A stretch of 20,232 bases of DNA from contig JBBQYG010000059.1 of assembly GCA_038208905.1 (NCBI GenBank), positions 1 to 20,232 on the forward strand, read 5' to 3'. Below are positions 1 to 8,352 of this stretch, piece by piece; position 1 is the stretch's first letter; each line of letters begins with the position of its first letter. Both the position numbers and the translations under genes were made by a program. This stretch comes from Candidatus Sumerlaeia bacterium. Its GTDB lineage: Bacteria > Sumerlaeota > Sumerlaeia > SLMS01. The notes beneath the pieces are model-generated. The model saw nothing but the letters and a program-made list of their open reading frames with translations, searched no databases and was not told the DNA's origin.

Positions 1-73
1 AGAGACGAGAGTGAAAAGAATTAGAGCCGCCTATGAGCCAGAGCTTAGAAAGTAGATATAGCACTGATAGGAA

Positions 74-619
74 CCTCCGACCTCTCCCCCAATTCTTGCT
101 GTATATACACCTAGCAAGACCTAGCGGAGCAATACGGCCACGGCGTTTCGGATTCAGGGGCAAAAGGACGCGTTCGACGGCGTCATCGCGGGAACTCCGG
201 CCAACGCGGCGCTGGAGTCCATCGAGGCGATGATCGACTGGGCGGCGGTGCGCGCGGTGCTGGCGCGCGGGTACGACGACTCGGTACGCGGGTGGGTCGG
301 CAGCGACCCGGTGGTGCTCTTCAAGATGCTGCTGCTCGAGCGGATATACAACCTGTCGGACGTGCGCGTGTCGGTGGAGGCGGGCGACCGCCTGTCGTTC
401 CTCCGCTTCCTCGCGCTGCCCGCGGGCGAATCGGCGCCCGACGACACGACGCTGGTAAAGTTCCGCGCGCGCATGATGCCAGGTCAGAGGGCGGCCGCGC
501 GCCGCGAACCCGCGCAGGGCCACCGCCACCGCGCAGGCTCAAACGAGGGCGCGAGGGGGGAAAATGTGGCTCCGGGGCGAAAAAAACGAGGTTGCTTTCA
601 GAACGGAGAGGGGCGGAGG
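74..619. mobile_element. Non-autonomous or deleted IS remnant with candidate terminal inverted repeats
   Basis: CCTCCGACCTCTCC (74-87) compared with the reverse complement of 605-619 (CCTCCGCCCCTCTCC) brackets the transposase fragment. CTTTCAGAACGGAGAG (595-610) also looks like an IS right end. Boundaries are uncertain. Confidence 0.4.
134..476 (+). pseudogene. IS5/IS1182-like transposase N-terminal fragment (DUF772/InsH N-terminal domain); DDE catalytic domain missing
   Basis: The frame of ORF 230..724 reads ...QKDAFDGVI...ALESIEAMIDWAAVRAVL...DPVVLFKMLLLERIYNLSD...DRLSFLRFL.L......PDDTTLVKFRARM, the DUF772 signature (LFKMLLL...YNLSD, F..FL, PD.TTL.KFR). Similarity ends at about 476. The frame is open upstream of ATG 230 with no earlier start codon. 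Confidence 0.85.
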
Positions 620-756
620 GTCAGGCCAGAGGTTCCCTCATGGGTGTCCATGTCCATCTCGTACATGACTCCCTCTCGCAGTGGCAGACGACAAAAATTC
701 TCGCCCGGTGCCTTGCAATTCTAGAGTGACTCTCGAAAGTCCTGTCGTATTCCAAC

Positions 757-818
757 GTATCTTGGGCGTCTCGCCCGAGCCCCGTCGCCCCCACACGCGG
801 GCAAGATGCCCACGATAC
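757..818. repeat. REP doublet (REPIN-like inverted repeat)
   Basis: GTATCTTGGGCGTCTCGCCCG (757-777) and CGGGCAAGATGCCCACGATAC (798-818) are inverted, match at 18/21 and are separated by 20 nt. Each arm is itself a hairpin (GGGCG-TCT-CGCCC; GGGCA-AGA-TGCCC) with a GTAG-like GTAT foot. Confidence 0.75.
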
Positions 819-906
819 TCTTTTACGGCGTCCTCCATCGCGACAAGACTCTCGAGAACCGCTCTAATCGATGGCTATCGACCTCACGTTTCTGGTGTGC
901 GACGCG

Positions 907-1305
907 TTACTCCCCACCCGTCCCCGTCTGCAACTTCGCGATCTCTTCCTTCAGCGCGGCGGGCGTGAACGCGAAGGAGATGCCGATGGAGCAGTAGGAC
1001 GGCGTGATGCCCCGCGCGTCGTGATAGTCGATCCACACGATGGCTCCGCGCGTGTCAACGCGGCGGTCCCCGCCGAACTGGAAGGCCACCTTGGCGAGGC
1101 GGATGCCGTGGAGGAGGCGTTGGTACTCGTCGCGCGTGATGTGGGAGCAGCGCATCTTGCAGCCGCCCTCGGAAAGATCGGTGGCCAGCGCCTTGTGGAC
1201 TTCGGGCGTGAAGGTGTGCTCGGGCTGGAGGATGCACAGCTCCACCGGGAGGCTGACTGAAACTCGCGGGCTGGAGCGGCGATTTGGGTGCGAGGCTTTT
1301 TCCAT
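907..1305 (-). CDS. Single-domain PilZ protein (c-di-GMP receptor)
   Basis: NRRSSPR (RxxxR) and DLSEGG (D/NxSxxG) motifs, followed by GAIVW and IGISF strands. Start placed at ATG 1305. Confidence 0.85.
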   Translation of the reverse strand: MEKASHPNRRSSPRVSVSLPVELCILQPEHTFTPEVHKALATDLSEGGCKMRCSHITRDEYQRLLHGIRLAKVAFQFGGDRRVDTRGAIVWIDYHDARGITPSYCSIGISFAFTPAALKEEIAKLQTGTGGE

Positions 1306-1414
1306 GGGTGGCTGCGTCGTTCTGTTGGTGGTGGTCGGGGCTGCCGGGCAGCATTGGGCTCGCCGAGCCCCCACGGTGCAAGAACAGCCTTTGCCCCGCG
1401 CGGGGCCGGGGCCG

Positions 1415-1864
1415 CTAATTGGCGTCAGGGTCCTTCACACCCAGCAACGCGTAGTCCAGCGAGTACTTCCCCGCGCCCGTGAACAGCAGCGCGATGGCAC
1501 CAAGAAACAGGACGGCGACGTACTCGAAACCGCCGGTTTGCATAAAGAAGCCATTCTTTCCGTGAACCATCGCAAAGGCCACCACCATCGTGAAGGCCAC
1601 GGGGATCGACGACCACCGCGTCAGCAGGCCGACCAGAATCAGGAGGCCGCCGACCAATTCGACAAACGTGGCCGCGACGGCGTTGGGAAAAGGAAACGGA
1701 ATGCCGAGCCCGGCAAAGGCGTCGGCGGTGGCGGCGATTCCATTCACGAAGAGCTTCTGTCCACCGTGGGCGATAAACACCACGCCGATTGCAATGCGCA
1801 GGACCAGCAGGCCCAGCGAAGTTTTGTTGGCCAGAAGGCGGTCGAGTAGCGTCAGGAACTGCAT
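1415..1864 (-). CDS. DoxX family membrane protein
   Basis: LLVLRIAIGVVFIAHGGQKL, ELVGGLLILVGLLTR, GGFEY and GAGKYSLD motifs; four hydrophobic segments; Shine-Dalgarno GAGGA upstream. Confidence 0.95.
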   Translation of the reverse strand: MQFLTLLDRLLANKTSLGLLVLRIAIGVVFIAHGGQKLFVNGIAATADAFAGLGIPFPFPNAVAATFVELVGGLLILVGLLTRWSSIPVAFTMVVAFAMVHGKNGFFMQTGGFEYVAVLFLGAIALLFTGAGKYSLDYALLGVKDPDAN

Positions 1865-1919
1865 GGGTATGTCCTCTTTTCTTGGTTGGTGATGGCGATT
1901 TCGCCCGTACTGAGCAAAT

Positions 1920-2393
1920 TCAATCGAGCAGCGCGCGCACCTCCTCCAGCAGTCGGCTCAGCTTGGTCAGCTTCGCCGCGCCGATCGCCTCCACCAACTT
2001 GTGATCCAGTTTGTCCACCGCGCCATCCATCCGGTTCACCAGGCCCAGGCCCTTCGCCGTCAGCCGCGCCACCACCACGCGGCGGTCATCGCGGTCCCGG
2101 TCCCGGCCAACCAGGCCAATCTGCTCCATCCGGTCCAGCAGCCGCGTCACGTCGGGCACGCGGCTTACCATGCGGCATCCGATCTCGCCACAGGGTAGGC
2201 CCCCGGGACGCGCCCCGCGCAGGATCCGCAGCACGTTGTACTGCGTGGCCGTCACGCCAAAGGGCTTCATCGCGTCTTCCTGCGCCCCTCCCAGCCGGTC
2301 CGCCGTCACGAGGATCGAAAGGAGCGCCTCCTGAGCCGGGCTCTTGAAGGGCTTGGTCTGCTTGAGTTCTTCCTGGAGCCTCGTGCTTGTCAA
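1920..2393 (-). CDS. MarR family transcriptional regulator
   Basis: GVTATQYNVLRILRG, PDVTRLLDRME..GLV.R, DRRVVVARLTAKG. TTG start with AGGA Shine-Dalgarno. Confidence 0.95.
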   Translation of the reverse strand: MTSTRLQEELKQTKPFKSPAQEALLSILVTADRLGGAQEDAMKPFGVTATQYNVLRILRGARPGGLPCGEIGCRMVSRVPDVTRLLDRMEQIGLVGRDRDRDDRRVVVARLTAKGLGLVNRMDGAVDKLDHKLVEAIGAAKLTKLSRLLEEVRALLD

Positions 2394-2421
2394 GTTGGCG
2401 GTCCTTTCCTTGTTCTACCGA

Positions 2422-2436
2422 TAGTCGTTACGACAA
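2422..2436. promoter_or_regulatory. Palindromic candidate MarR operator
   Basis: TAGTCGTTACGACAA (core GTCGT-T-ACGAC) lies about 30 nt upstream of the MarR start in a locally AT-rich patch. Confidence 0.5.
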
Positions 2437-2642
2437 GCATTACCCGTGCCAGCCTCTCCGCCCTTTCCGTCGTTCCGGCCTTTCCCTGCATTTCCCCGCC
2501 GTTTGATCTGGACCGTCTCCCACGCGATGGAGCCGCACCGGAACAACAACCGGCCTCCCCGGCCCACCCGGCGGGGACGGCGGCTTCGGTGAGACCGGCG
2601 CGGCGTATAGACGCCACGCCCACGTCGCGCGTGGCCCCTTTC

Positions 2643-2789
2643 CGCCCCAGGGTGCGGGTCGTCTTCATCTCCGGCTGCTCCGACGACGTCATCAGCAAGC
2701 ACGGCGCCCTCAACCCCGGCATCGTCTTCCTGCAAAAGCCGTTCATGCACAAGACGCTGCTGGGGAAAATGCGGGAGCTGCTTGACGGA
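2643..2789 (+). pseudogene. C-terminal half of a response-regulator receiver domain (hybrid-kinase/CckA-like)
   Basis: RPRVRVVFISGCSDDVISKHGALNPGIVFLQKPFMHKTLLGKMRELLD matches the beta4-alpha5 region (RP..KVLFMSGY.DD....HG.L..G..FLQKPF....L..KVRE.LD). The N-terminal half, including the phospho-Asp, is absent. Confidence 0.85.
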
Positions 2790-2909
2790 AACCCCGCGTT
2801 GGCCCAGGAAAATGCGCCGCTTTGCTTGTTGTCCATGCCTCCGTATATACATAGAAGCAGGCCCTGCCTGGTCAGTGCAGGCAGCTAGTTCTTCCCCGGC
2901 GGACATCGG

Positions 2910-3209
2910 CCGCAGACGCTGGCGGAGGTGAACGGGGAGAGCGGCGCCGCGTATCGGCGCCATGCCTCCGGCGCGGAGCACGGCCCGCTGCACTAGGGCG
3001 CGGCGGCGCTCCACGGGGACTACCTTGGCACAACGCGGCTCTTTACAGGAGCCACCGGCCATGCGACCCCCGACACGTTCACCAGCTACGAGCCCTTCGG
3101 CACCCCGACCTCCGACGGCCTCCGCTCTTCGCAATCGTCGTCCTTCACCGGCCAGCACCGCGACCACGCGACCGGCCTCCAGTACCACCGCGCGCGATGG
3201 CTGGATCCG
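2910..3209 (+). pseudogene. RHS repeat-associated core fragment (absent from the ORF track)
   Basis: Codons from 2910 read PQTLAEVNGESG...GPLH*GAAALHGDYLGTTRLFTGATG...TSYEPFG...FTGQHRDHATGLQYHRARWLDP, matching the RHS core (H.D.LGS.R..T...G...Y.PFG...FTGQ..D..TGL.Y.RARYYDP). In-frame TAG at 2994-2996; truncated before the GRF...DPxG motif. Confidence 0.88.
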
Positions 3210-3423
3210 CGCGCGCTATCATCGGTCGCTCGATCTGCCGCTGGATGCGATCCGGCTAAGCTCGCGAGCCTTCGTCTTCGACAACTCGAGCAAGAACCCG
3301 ACATGGCTCGCGGAGATTACGGACGGAAAGGTGCTCGAACTGAAATCCGCCGAGGTCCCCAAATGGTTCCAACGCGCCGTCCTCGAAAAGATCGGCTACA
3401 TCCCGCCCCCGCTTTCCGGTTGA
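3205..3423 (+). pseudogene. C-terminal fragment of a zeta-toxin-like / predicted ABC-type ATPase (COG4185-like)
   Basis: IRARYHRSLDLPLDAIRLSSRAFVFDNSS...[22 protein letters not shown] resembles the KI..RY.RSL......FDNS tail of this family. The P-loop N-terminal part is missing. Confidence 0.7.
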
Positions 3424-3499
3424 GCCCCGCGCGTTTCCGGCGACGCTTTTGTCCCCATGCGCTCTTGGGCGCATCGATCTCGTTGAGAGGGCTGACGCC

Positions 3500-5209
3500 A
3501 TGAAACTGCATTCCCACGTCGTGACCAAGGGTCCCGCCCGGGCCCCGCATCGTTCCTATCTCCGCGCCATGGGGCTCTCCGACGTGGAGATCAACCAGCC
3601 CTTTGTCGGCGTAGCGTCCACGTGGAACGAGGCCACGCCGTGCAACATCGCCCTCTCGCGCCAGGCCCAGTCCGTCAAGATTGGCGTCAAGGCCGGGAAG
3701 GGAACCCCGCGGGAGTTCGTCGCCATTTCCGTCAGCGACGGCATCGGCATGGGGCACGAGGGAATGAAGGCGTCGCTGGTTTCCCGCGAGGTCATCGCCG
3801 ACAGCGTGGAGTTGATGGTCCGGGCCCACTGCTACGACGGCATCGTTGGTCTGGCGGGCTGCGACAAGTCGCTCCCCGGCATCTTGATGTCAATGGCGCG
3901 CCTCAACGTGCCATCGGTGTTCCTCTATGGCGGCACAATCCGCAAGGGAACCTACGGCGGGAAGGACATCAGCGTTCAGGACGTGTTCGAGGCCGTTGGT
4001 GCCCACGCGGCGGGAAAGATTTCGGATGAGGTGCTGCACGACATCGAGTGTGGCGCGTGCCCCGGTGCCGGTTCCTGCGGCGGGCAGTTCACCGCCAACA
4101 CGATGGCCTGCGTCAGCGAGGCAATCGGCATGGCGCTCCCCGGCAGCAACTCCGCCCCCGCGGAAGATCTCGATCGCGACAAGTGGGCCGTGCGCTGCGG
4201 AGAGGCCGTGATGGCGCTGATCCACGCCAACATCAAGCCCCGCGACATCATGACGTTCAAGGCCTTTGAGAACGCCGCGGCCATCGTGGCCGCGACCGGT
4301 GGCTCCACCAACGCGTTCCTCCACCTCCTCGCGATCTCATCGGAGTGTGGCGTCAAGCTCACGCTCGACGACATCGACCGTATCAGCCAGCGCACGCCGA
4401 TCCTCGCGGACCTGAAGCCGGGCGGCAAGTATCTGGCCGAGGACGTCCACGACGTCGGCGGTATTCCCGTCATCCTTCGCGCACTGCTCGACGGCGGGCT
4501 GCTGCACGGCGATTGCCTGACGGTGACGGGCAAGACGATGGCGGAGAACTTGGAGGGTGTCACCATCCCCGCGGGCCAGGATGTTGTGGTCCCCGTGGCG
4601 CGCGCGATTCGCTCAACCGGTGGCTTGCGCGTGTTGAAGGGGAACCTGGCGCCCCACGGCTGCGTGATCAAGACGGCGGGTGTGACCAAGCTGGCACACT
4701 CCGGCCCCGCCAAGGTTTTCAACTGCGAGGAGGACGCCTTCGACGCCATCGCTCGCCAGGACGTTGTGAAGGGCGACGTGGTGGTGATCCGCTATGAGGG
4801 GCCCAAGGGCGGGCCGGGAATGCGCGAGATGCTTGCGCCGACCGCCGCGCTGGTGGGCCAGGGTCTTGGCTATGAGTGCGCAATGGTGACCGACGGACGC
4901 TTCAGCGGCGCGACGCGCGGACTGATGGTCGGTCACGTGACGCCGGAGGCCCAGGATGGCGGGCCGATCGCGCTCGTGAAGAACGGCGACGTCATCTCGC
5001 TCGATGCGGAGGTCGGCACGATCGAACTGCACGTTGACGACGCCGAGTTGGCCCGTCGCCGCAAGGAATGGAAGCCGATCACGCCCCGCTATGGCGGCGG
5101 CGCGCTCTACAAGTACGCCCAGCTCGTGGGCCCCGCCCACGAGGGCGCCCTCACCAGCCCCGGGGGCGTTGTGCCGATCGACGTGGAGAAGCTGATTATC
5201 AGAGGGTAA
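3500..5209 (+). CDS. ilvD: Dihydroxy-acid dehydratase
   Basis: [67 protein letters not shown] and TDGRFSG motifs. ATG 3500 with GAGAGG Shine-Dalgarno. Confidence 0.98.
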   Translation: MKLHSHVVTKGPARAPHRSYLRAMGLSDVEINQPFVGVASTWNEATPCNIALSRQAQSVKIGVKAGKGTPREFVAISVSDGIGMGHEGMKASLVSREVIADSVELMVRAHCYDGIVGLAGCDKSLPGILMSMARLNVPSVFLYGGTIRKGTYGGKDISVQDVFEAVGAHAAGKISDEVLHDIECGACPGAGSCGGQFTANTMACVSEAIGMALPGSNSAPAEDLDRDKWAVRCGEAVMALIHANIKPRDIMTFKAFENAAAIVAATGGSTNAFLHLLAISSECGVKLTLDDIDRISQRTPILADLKPGGKYLAEDVHDVGGIPVILRALLDGGLLHGDCLTVTGKTMAENLEGVTIPAGQDVVVPVARAIRSTGGLRVLKGNLAPHGCVIKTAGVTKLAHSGPAKVFNCEEDAFDAIARQDVVKGDVVVIRYEGPKGGPGMREMLAPTAALVGQGLGYECAMVTDGRFSGATRGLMVGHVTPEAQDGGPIALVKNGDVISLDAEVGTIELHVDDAELARRRKEWKPITPRYGGGALYKYAQLVGPAHEGALTSPGGVVPIDVEKLIIRG

Positions 5210-5252
5210 GGCAGGGAAAAGCAGGGGGCGGCAATGGGAGGGTGGCGTCAAC

Positions 5253-6338
5253 ATGTATAGACACGTTGTCTGTCTCGCAATCGCAGGTGCGCTCGTGTCC
5301 ACGGTCGCGGCGGAGGACACCACGCGCCGCGTGATCGGCGCGGGGGAGTGGAAGACCAGCGGCAAGATCGGCGATTTCGGGGAAATCCGCGCCACTCGCG
5401 ATCAGAACGCGTGGGTTCTGCGCCCGAGCGCGGACGATCCCGATTTCTCCTTCGGATGGATCGAGGGACCAGTCTTCGCCGCGTTTCCCGCGACGGACAC
5501 GCTTTCGGGCAACAACGTGGGGATGCGCGTTGTCTATACGTTCAGCTCGGCGGTCCCCGGCGCCGCGCCGGAATTGCGGATCCGGCTGAACTCCGACAAC
5601 TTCGGCCAGTACGCCATCGCCGCCGTCGCCAATAACCGGTTTCAGGAAATCAAGGGCGTCGGCGGCGGAGCCGTCACCGTCCTCTTCGACCGCCGCCAGC
5701 TCTCCTCCGAGACACGCTTCATTCCCTACATCGATTTGCTTTCAGCCGGCACGGGAGTCAGCCCCGACTGGTTCGTCCGCATCGAGAGCGTGGAGACCTT
5801 CATTCCTGTCTCGAACGCGTCCTTCGAGCGCGAGAGGCTCATCGCCACCGCCTACATGGAGGGGACCGGCAACGTCTACGCGCACCTGGGCGCTTCGGCC
5901 AATCGCACCCCCGTCTATACGCGGACGGGGTCCGGTCCGGCATCCTTCGCCTACGATGGCGCCCACATCATCGTCATCGACAACGGGCGGCTTTTCGGCT
6001 TTTCTTCCACCACGGGATTTGCCCGGGTGGACATCGCCACGGCCAACGTCATCTATGGCGGTATTTCGGAGCACCACGTCGGCTATCTGGAGCGTGGAGG
6101 CCGCGCCTTCTACTTCAATCTCCTCACGCGGGAGAAGCGCTCCCTCGATCCATCCGCCAGCTTCTTCGCCGTCGCCGGCGCCGGTGACGGCTCCCTCACG
6201 TTCATCAAGCGCCGCGGCAACGGCACACTGGAACTCTTCCAATACGACACCCGGCTGCTGAACCCGTCGCTGACGCGCCTCAACGGGGACAATGCGGCGC
6301 TGATTGTGAATTCGCGCTCGACGCTGCTGACGCAGTAG
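5253..6338 (+). CDS. Secreted hypothetical protein, beta-rich, probably two domains
   Basis: Signal peptide MYRHVVCLAIAGALVSTVAA; GGAGG Shine-Dalgarno; high-GC third-position codon usage; no recognised family motif. Confidence 0.85.
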   Translation: MYRHVVCLAIAGALVSTVAAEDTTRRVIGAGEWKTSGKIGDFGEIRATRDQNAWVLRPSADDPDFSFGWIEGPVFAAFPATDTLSGNNVGMRVVYTFSSAVPGAAPELRIRLNSDNFGQYAIAAVANNRFQEIKGVGGGAVTVLFDRRQLSSETRFIPYIDLLSAGTGVSPDWFVRIESVETFIPVSNASFERERLIATAYMEGTGNVYAHLGASANRTPVYTRTGSGPASFAYDGAHIIVIDNGRLFGFSSTTGFARVDIATANVIYGGISEHHVGYLERGGRAFYFNLLTREKRSLDPSASFFAVAGAGDGSLTFIKRRGNGTLELFQYDTRLLNPSLTRLNGDNAALIVNSRSTLLTQ

Positions 6339-6354
6339 CGGGCTGTTCGCTAGG

Positions 6355-7179
6355 TCAGTGGAACAGGTGGCGGCGGGCGCCCTCGGGCCCGATCGTCGTC
6401 AGGGTCGCCGGCGAATCCGTCCAGCAACCCGTGTTCAGATATTGAATCCCTCCGCCTTCGACCCGCGTGTCGGCGTCGAAATAGTGCGTATGGCCGCAAA
6501 GGACGTAATCCACGCGGCGACCGGCGGCGTACTTGACAGCCCGGTGCTCGATCTTGGCGCAGACCTTCAGCCACTCCTTGGAGGAGCGCTTGAGCCACCG
6601 GCTCAGGTTCTTGGCGTGTCCCTCGCGGCGCTGCACCGCCTCGTACACATTGCTGGCCAGCGTGCTGATCACCGGATGATTGTTCAGGAAGTCGTCGAAC
6701 TGGTGGCCGTGGATGAACAGATAGCTCTTTCCGTATAGATCCAGAAACAGCTCGCGGTGCGCGTTCACCCCCAGCATCCAGGGGATGATATCGCGCGCGG
6801 TCTCGTCGTGGTTTCCTTCGATCCAATCCACCGTGATGCCCGATCGCGGCGCGGCGAAGCGGCGGATGTCCTCGATCAGGCGATAGTGCGAACGCGTCAG
6901 GCTCGAGAAATCGAGATTCTCGAAGAGATCCCCAAGGATGATCAGGCGGCGGAAGGGATAGAATTGCGCAAGGGCGCGGCGGAGGTCCCGCGTCCGGCTG
7001 ACCTCGCTCCCCAGATGAATGTCGGAGATCACCACGACATCGGTCTTGTAGCTTTTCCTTGGCGTCGCGACGTGGATGACCTTCAGGTCGGAACCCGACG
7101 GCATCGGATTGAGCAGATCCTGGCAAGCCAGATAGCTGGCCTTGCGCGGCGGTGCTTCCTGGATGCTGACGACGGACAC
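6355..7179 (-). CDS. UDP-2,3-diacylglucosamine diphosphatase-like (LpxH/COG2908) calcineurin-like metallophosphoesterase
   Basis: ISDIHLG, GDLFE, GNHDE, HGHQFD, CGHTH and YLNTGCW motifs. GTG 7179 with AAGGAG Shine-Dalgarno 7 nt upstream. Confidence 0.88.
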   Translation of the reverse strand: MSVVSIQEAPPRKASYLACQDLLNPMPSGSDLKVIHVATPRKSYKTDVVVISDIHLGSEVSRTRDLRRALAQFYPFRRLIILGDLFENLDFSSLTRSHYRLIEDIRRFAAPRSGITVDWIEGNHDETARDIIPWMLGVNAHRELFLDLYGKSYLFIHGHQFDDFLNNHPVISTLASNVYEAVQRREGHAKNLSRWLKRSSKEWLKVCAKIEHRAVKYAAGRRVDYVLCGHTHYFDADTRVEGGGIQYLNTGCWTDSPATLTTIGPEGARRHLFH

Positions 7180-7202
7180 GGGCGATCTCCTTGGGCGGTG
7201 AA

Positions 7203-7232
7203 AGAATGGGCCGCGCGGGGGTGGGGAGTCAA
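7203..7232 (-). promoter_or_regulatory. Candidate sigma70-type promoter for the LpxH-like gene
   Basis: TTGACT-N18-CATTCT ending 24 nt upstream of GTG 7179. Confidence 0.5.
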
Positions 7233-7371
7233 GGCGTTGACCGCGCCCGGCGCGTCTTCGGAGTCCTTTTTTCCGAAGATGGGGAGAGCTAACGCGAGAT
7301 GCGCGATGCAGCGTCAATCTTCAACTGGTCGGGCCTCCAATTTGTCAACTTTTCGCTGCCTTCCGGTCATT

Positions 7372-7404
7372 TGGGCCACCACGCCAGTGCCATCCGGTGG
7401 CCCA
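7372..7404. promoter_or_regulatory. Inverted repeat, candidate upstream activator sequence
   Basis: Perfect 9-bp inverted repeat TGGGCCACC-N15-GGTGGCCCA centred about 100 bp upstream of the candidate -24 GG. Confidence 0.35.
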
Positions 7405-7462
7405 GTCCGGTGTGGCTTGCCCTCCGTGGTGTGTTTCATAAAGCTTCGGGGGCTGCGGCAGG

Positions 7463-7478
7463 ATGTCATACGCGACAT
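7463..7478. promoter_or_regulatory. Palindromic operator next to the -24 element
   Basis: ATGTC-ATACGC-GACAT, ending about 10 nt before the -24 GG. Confidence 0.4.
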
Positions 7479-7486
7479 TTTGGCTT

Positions 7487-7502
7487 AGGCACGTTCTGTG
7501 CA
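7487..7502 (+). promoter_or_regulatory. Candidate sigma54 (-24/-12) promoter
   Basis: AGGCACGTTCTGTGCA against consensus TGGCACG-N4-TTGCW. Exact GG-N10-GC spacing (GG 7488-7489, GC 7500-7501), about 33 nt upstream of the DUF502 start. Confidence 0.6.
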
Positions 7503-7534
7503 GCAGATAAACTTGTCGATACACCTCCGAATCC

Positions 7535-8347
7535 TTGGACCCCCACTTGGCTCCCGCGTCAAACAACTCCTCATCCGGCGAACACCACCGCCCCCCAAAA
7601 CGCCACACGCCCTTCGAGCACGTTCGCCGCCACCTGATCGCCGGCCTGCTGGTTATCATCCCTGTCTTCGTCGCGGTTTATGCCGTGTGGGCTATCATGA
7701 CCCTGGCGGAGAGCTTCTTTGGCCCCGTCGTTGACGAATTCACAACCCGTGGCGGATACGACGGCTTGCAGCACGAGCCCTACTATATGTTTGCCAAGTC
7801 GGTGATTTCCTTCATCCTCGCGGTGATCGTCATCGGATTCGTGGGGTGGCTTTCCACGTTCCTGCTGGTGCGACGGGTGATCCAGATGGGCGAGCGCTTG
7901 GTCTCGCGTGTTCCCATCCTCAAGTTCTTCTACAACACGCCCAAGGAGGTACTGCACACCTTCACCGCCTCCCAAAAGGGAAGCTTCAAGCGAGTGGTCC
8001 TGCTTGAGTACCCGCGCAGGGGCGTCTGGGGACTTGGCTTCGCAACGGGGGAGATCATCAAGCAGCCCGAAGGGGAGCGCCTCGTTTCCGTCTTTCTCCC
8101 GACCACGCCCAATCCCACATCGGGCTTTCTGCTCCTGCTCCCGGAGGAAGATGTCTTCGACACAAATATCCCAGTGGAGGATGGCGCGCGGCTGATCATT
8201 AGCGGAGGAATTCTCTCCCCTGATTCCATTTTCACCCAGCGCTTCGTCGGCCTCCACGCTCAGCCGGCGATGCCACCGCTCGGGCCGCTCACGTCCGACA
8301 ACTCCATTGCCCCTATCGACTCAATCCTAGAAGACAAGGAGAAGTAA
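7535..8347 (+). CDS. DUF502 family membrane protein
   Basis: LIAGLLVIIP, GERLVSRVP...Y, FKRVVLLEYPRRGVWGLGFATG, VFLPTTPNPTSGFL and IISGG motifs. Start codon uncertain (TTG). Confidence 0.93.
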   Translation: MDPHLAPASNNSSSGEHHRPPKRHTPFEHVRRHLIAGLLVIIPVFVAVYAVWAIMTLAESFFGPVVDEFTTRGGYDGLQHEPYYMFAKSVISFILAVIVIGFVGWLSTFLLVRRVIQMGERLVSRVPILKFFYNTPKEVLHTFTASQKGSFKRVVLLEYPRRGVWGLGFATGEIIKQPEGERLVSVFLPTTPNPTSGFLLLLPEEDVFDTNIPVEDGARLIISGGILSPDSIFTQRFVGLHAQPAMPPLGPLTSDNSIAPIDSILEDKEK

Positions 8348-8352
8348 ACCCG

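Noticed and set aside
99-114. CTGTATATACACCTAG as an SOS box
   Set aside because: The right half deviates from ACAG, and the gammaproteobacterial LexA motif is not expected in this lineage.
728-855. GACTCTCGA direct repeat (728-736 and 847-855) as a CRISPR remnant or target duplication around the REP doublet
   Set aside because: Only 9 bp and two copies, not flush with the REP ends, and no cas genes nearby.
2962-3423. 153-aa ORF as a real gene
   Set aside because: Its first 80 or so residues are an off-frame reading of the RHS core; only the tail resembles a protein family.
3500-5209. ilvD separated from other ilv genes
   Set aside because: A common arrangement, and the protein looks canonical.
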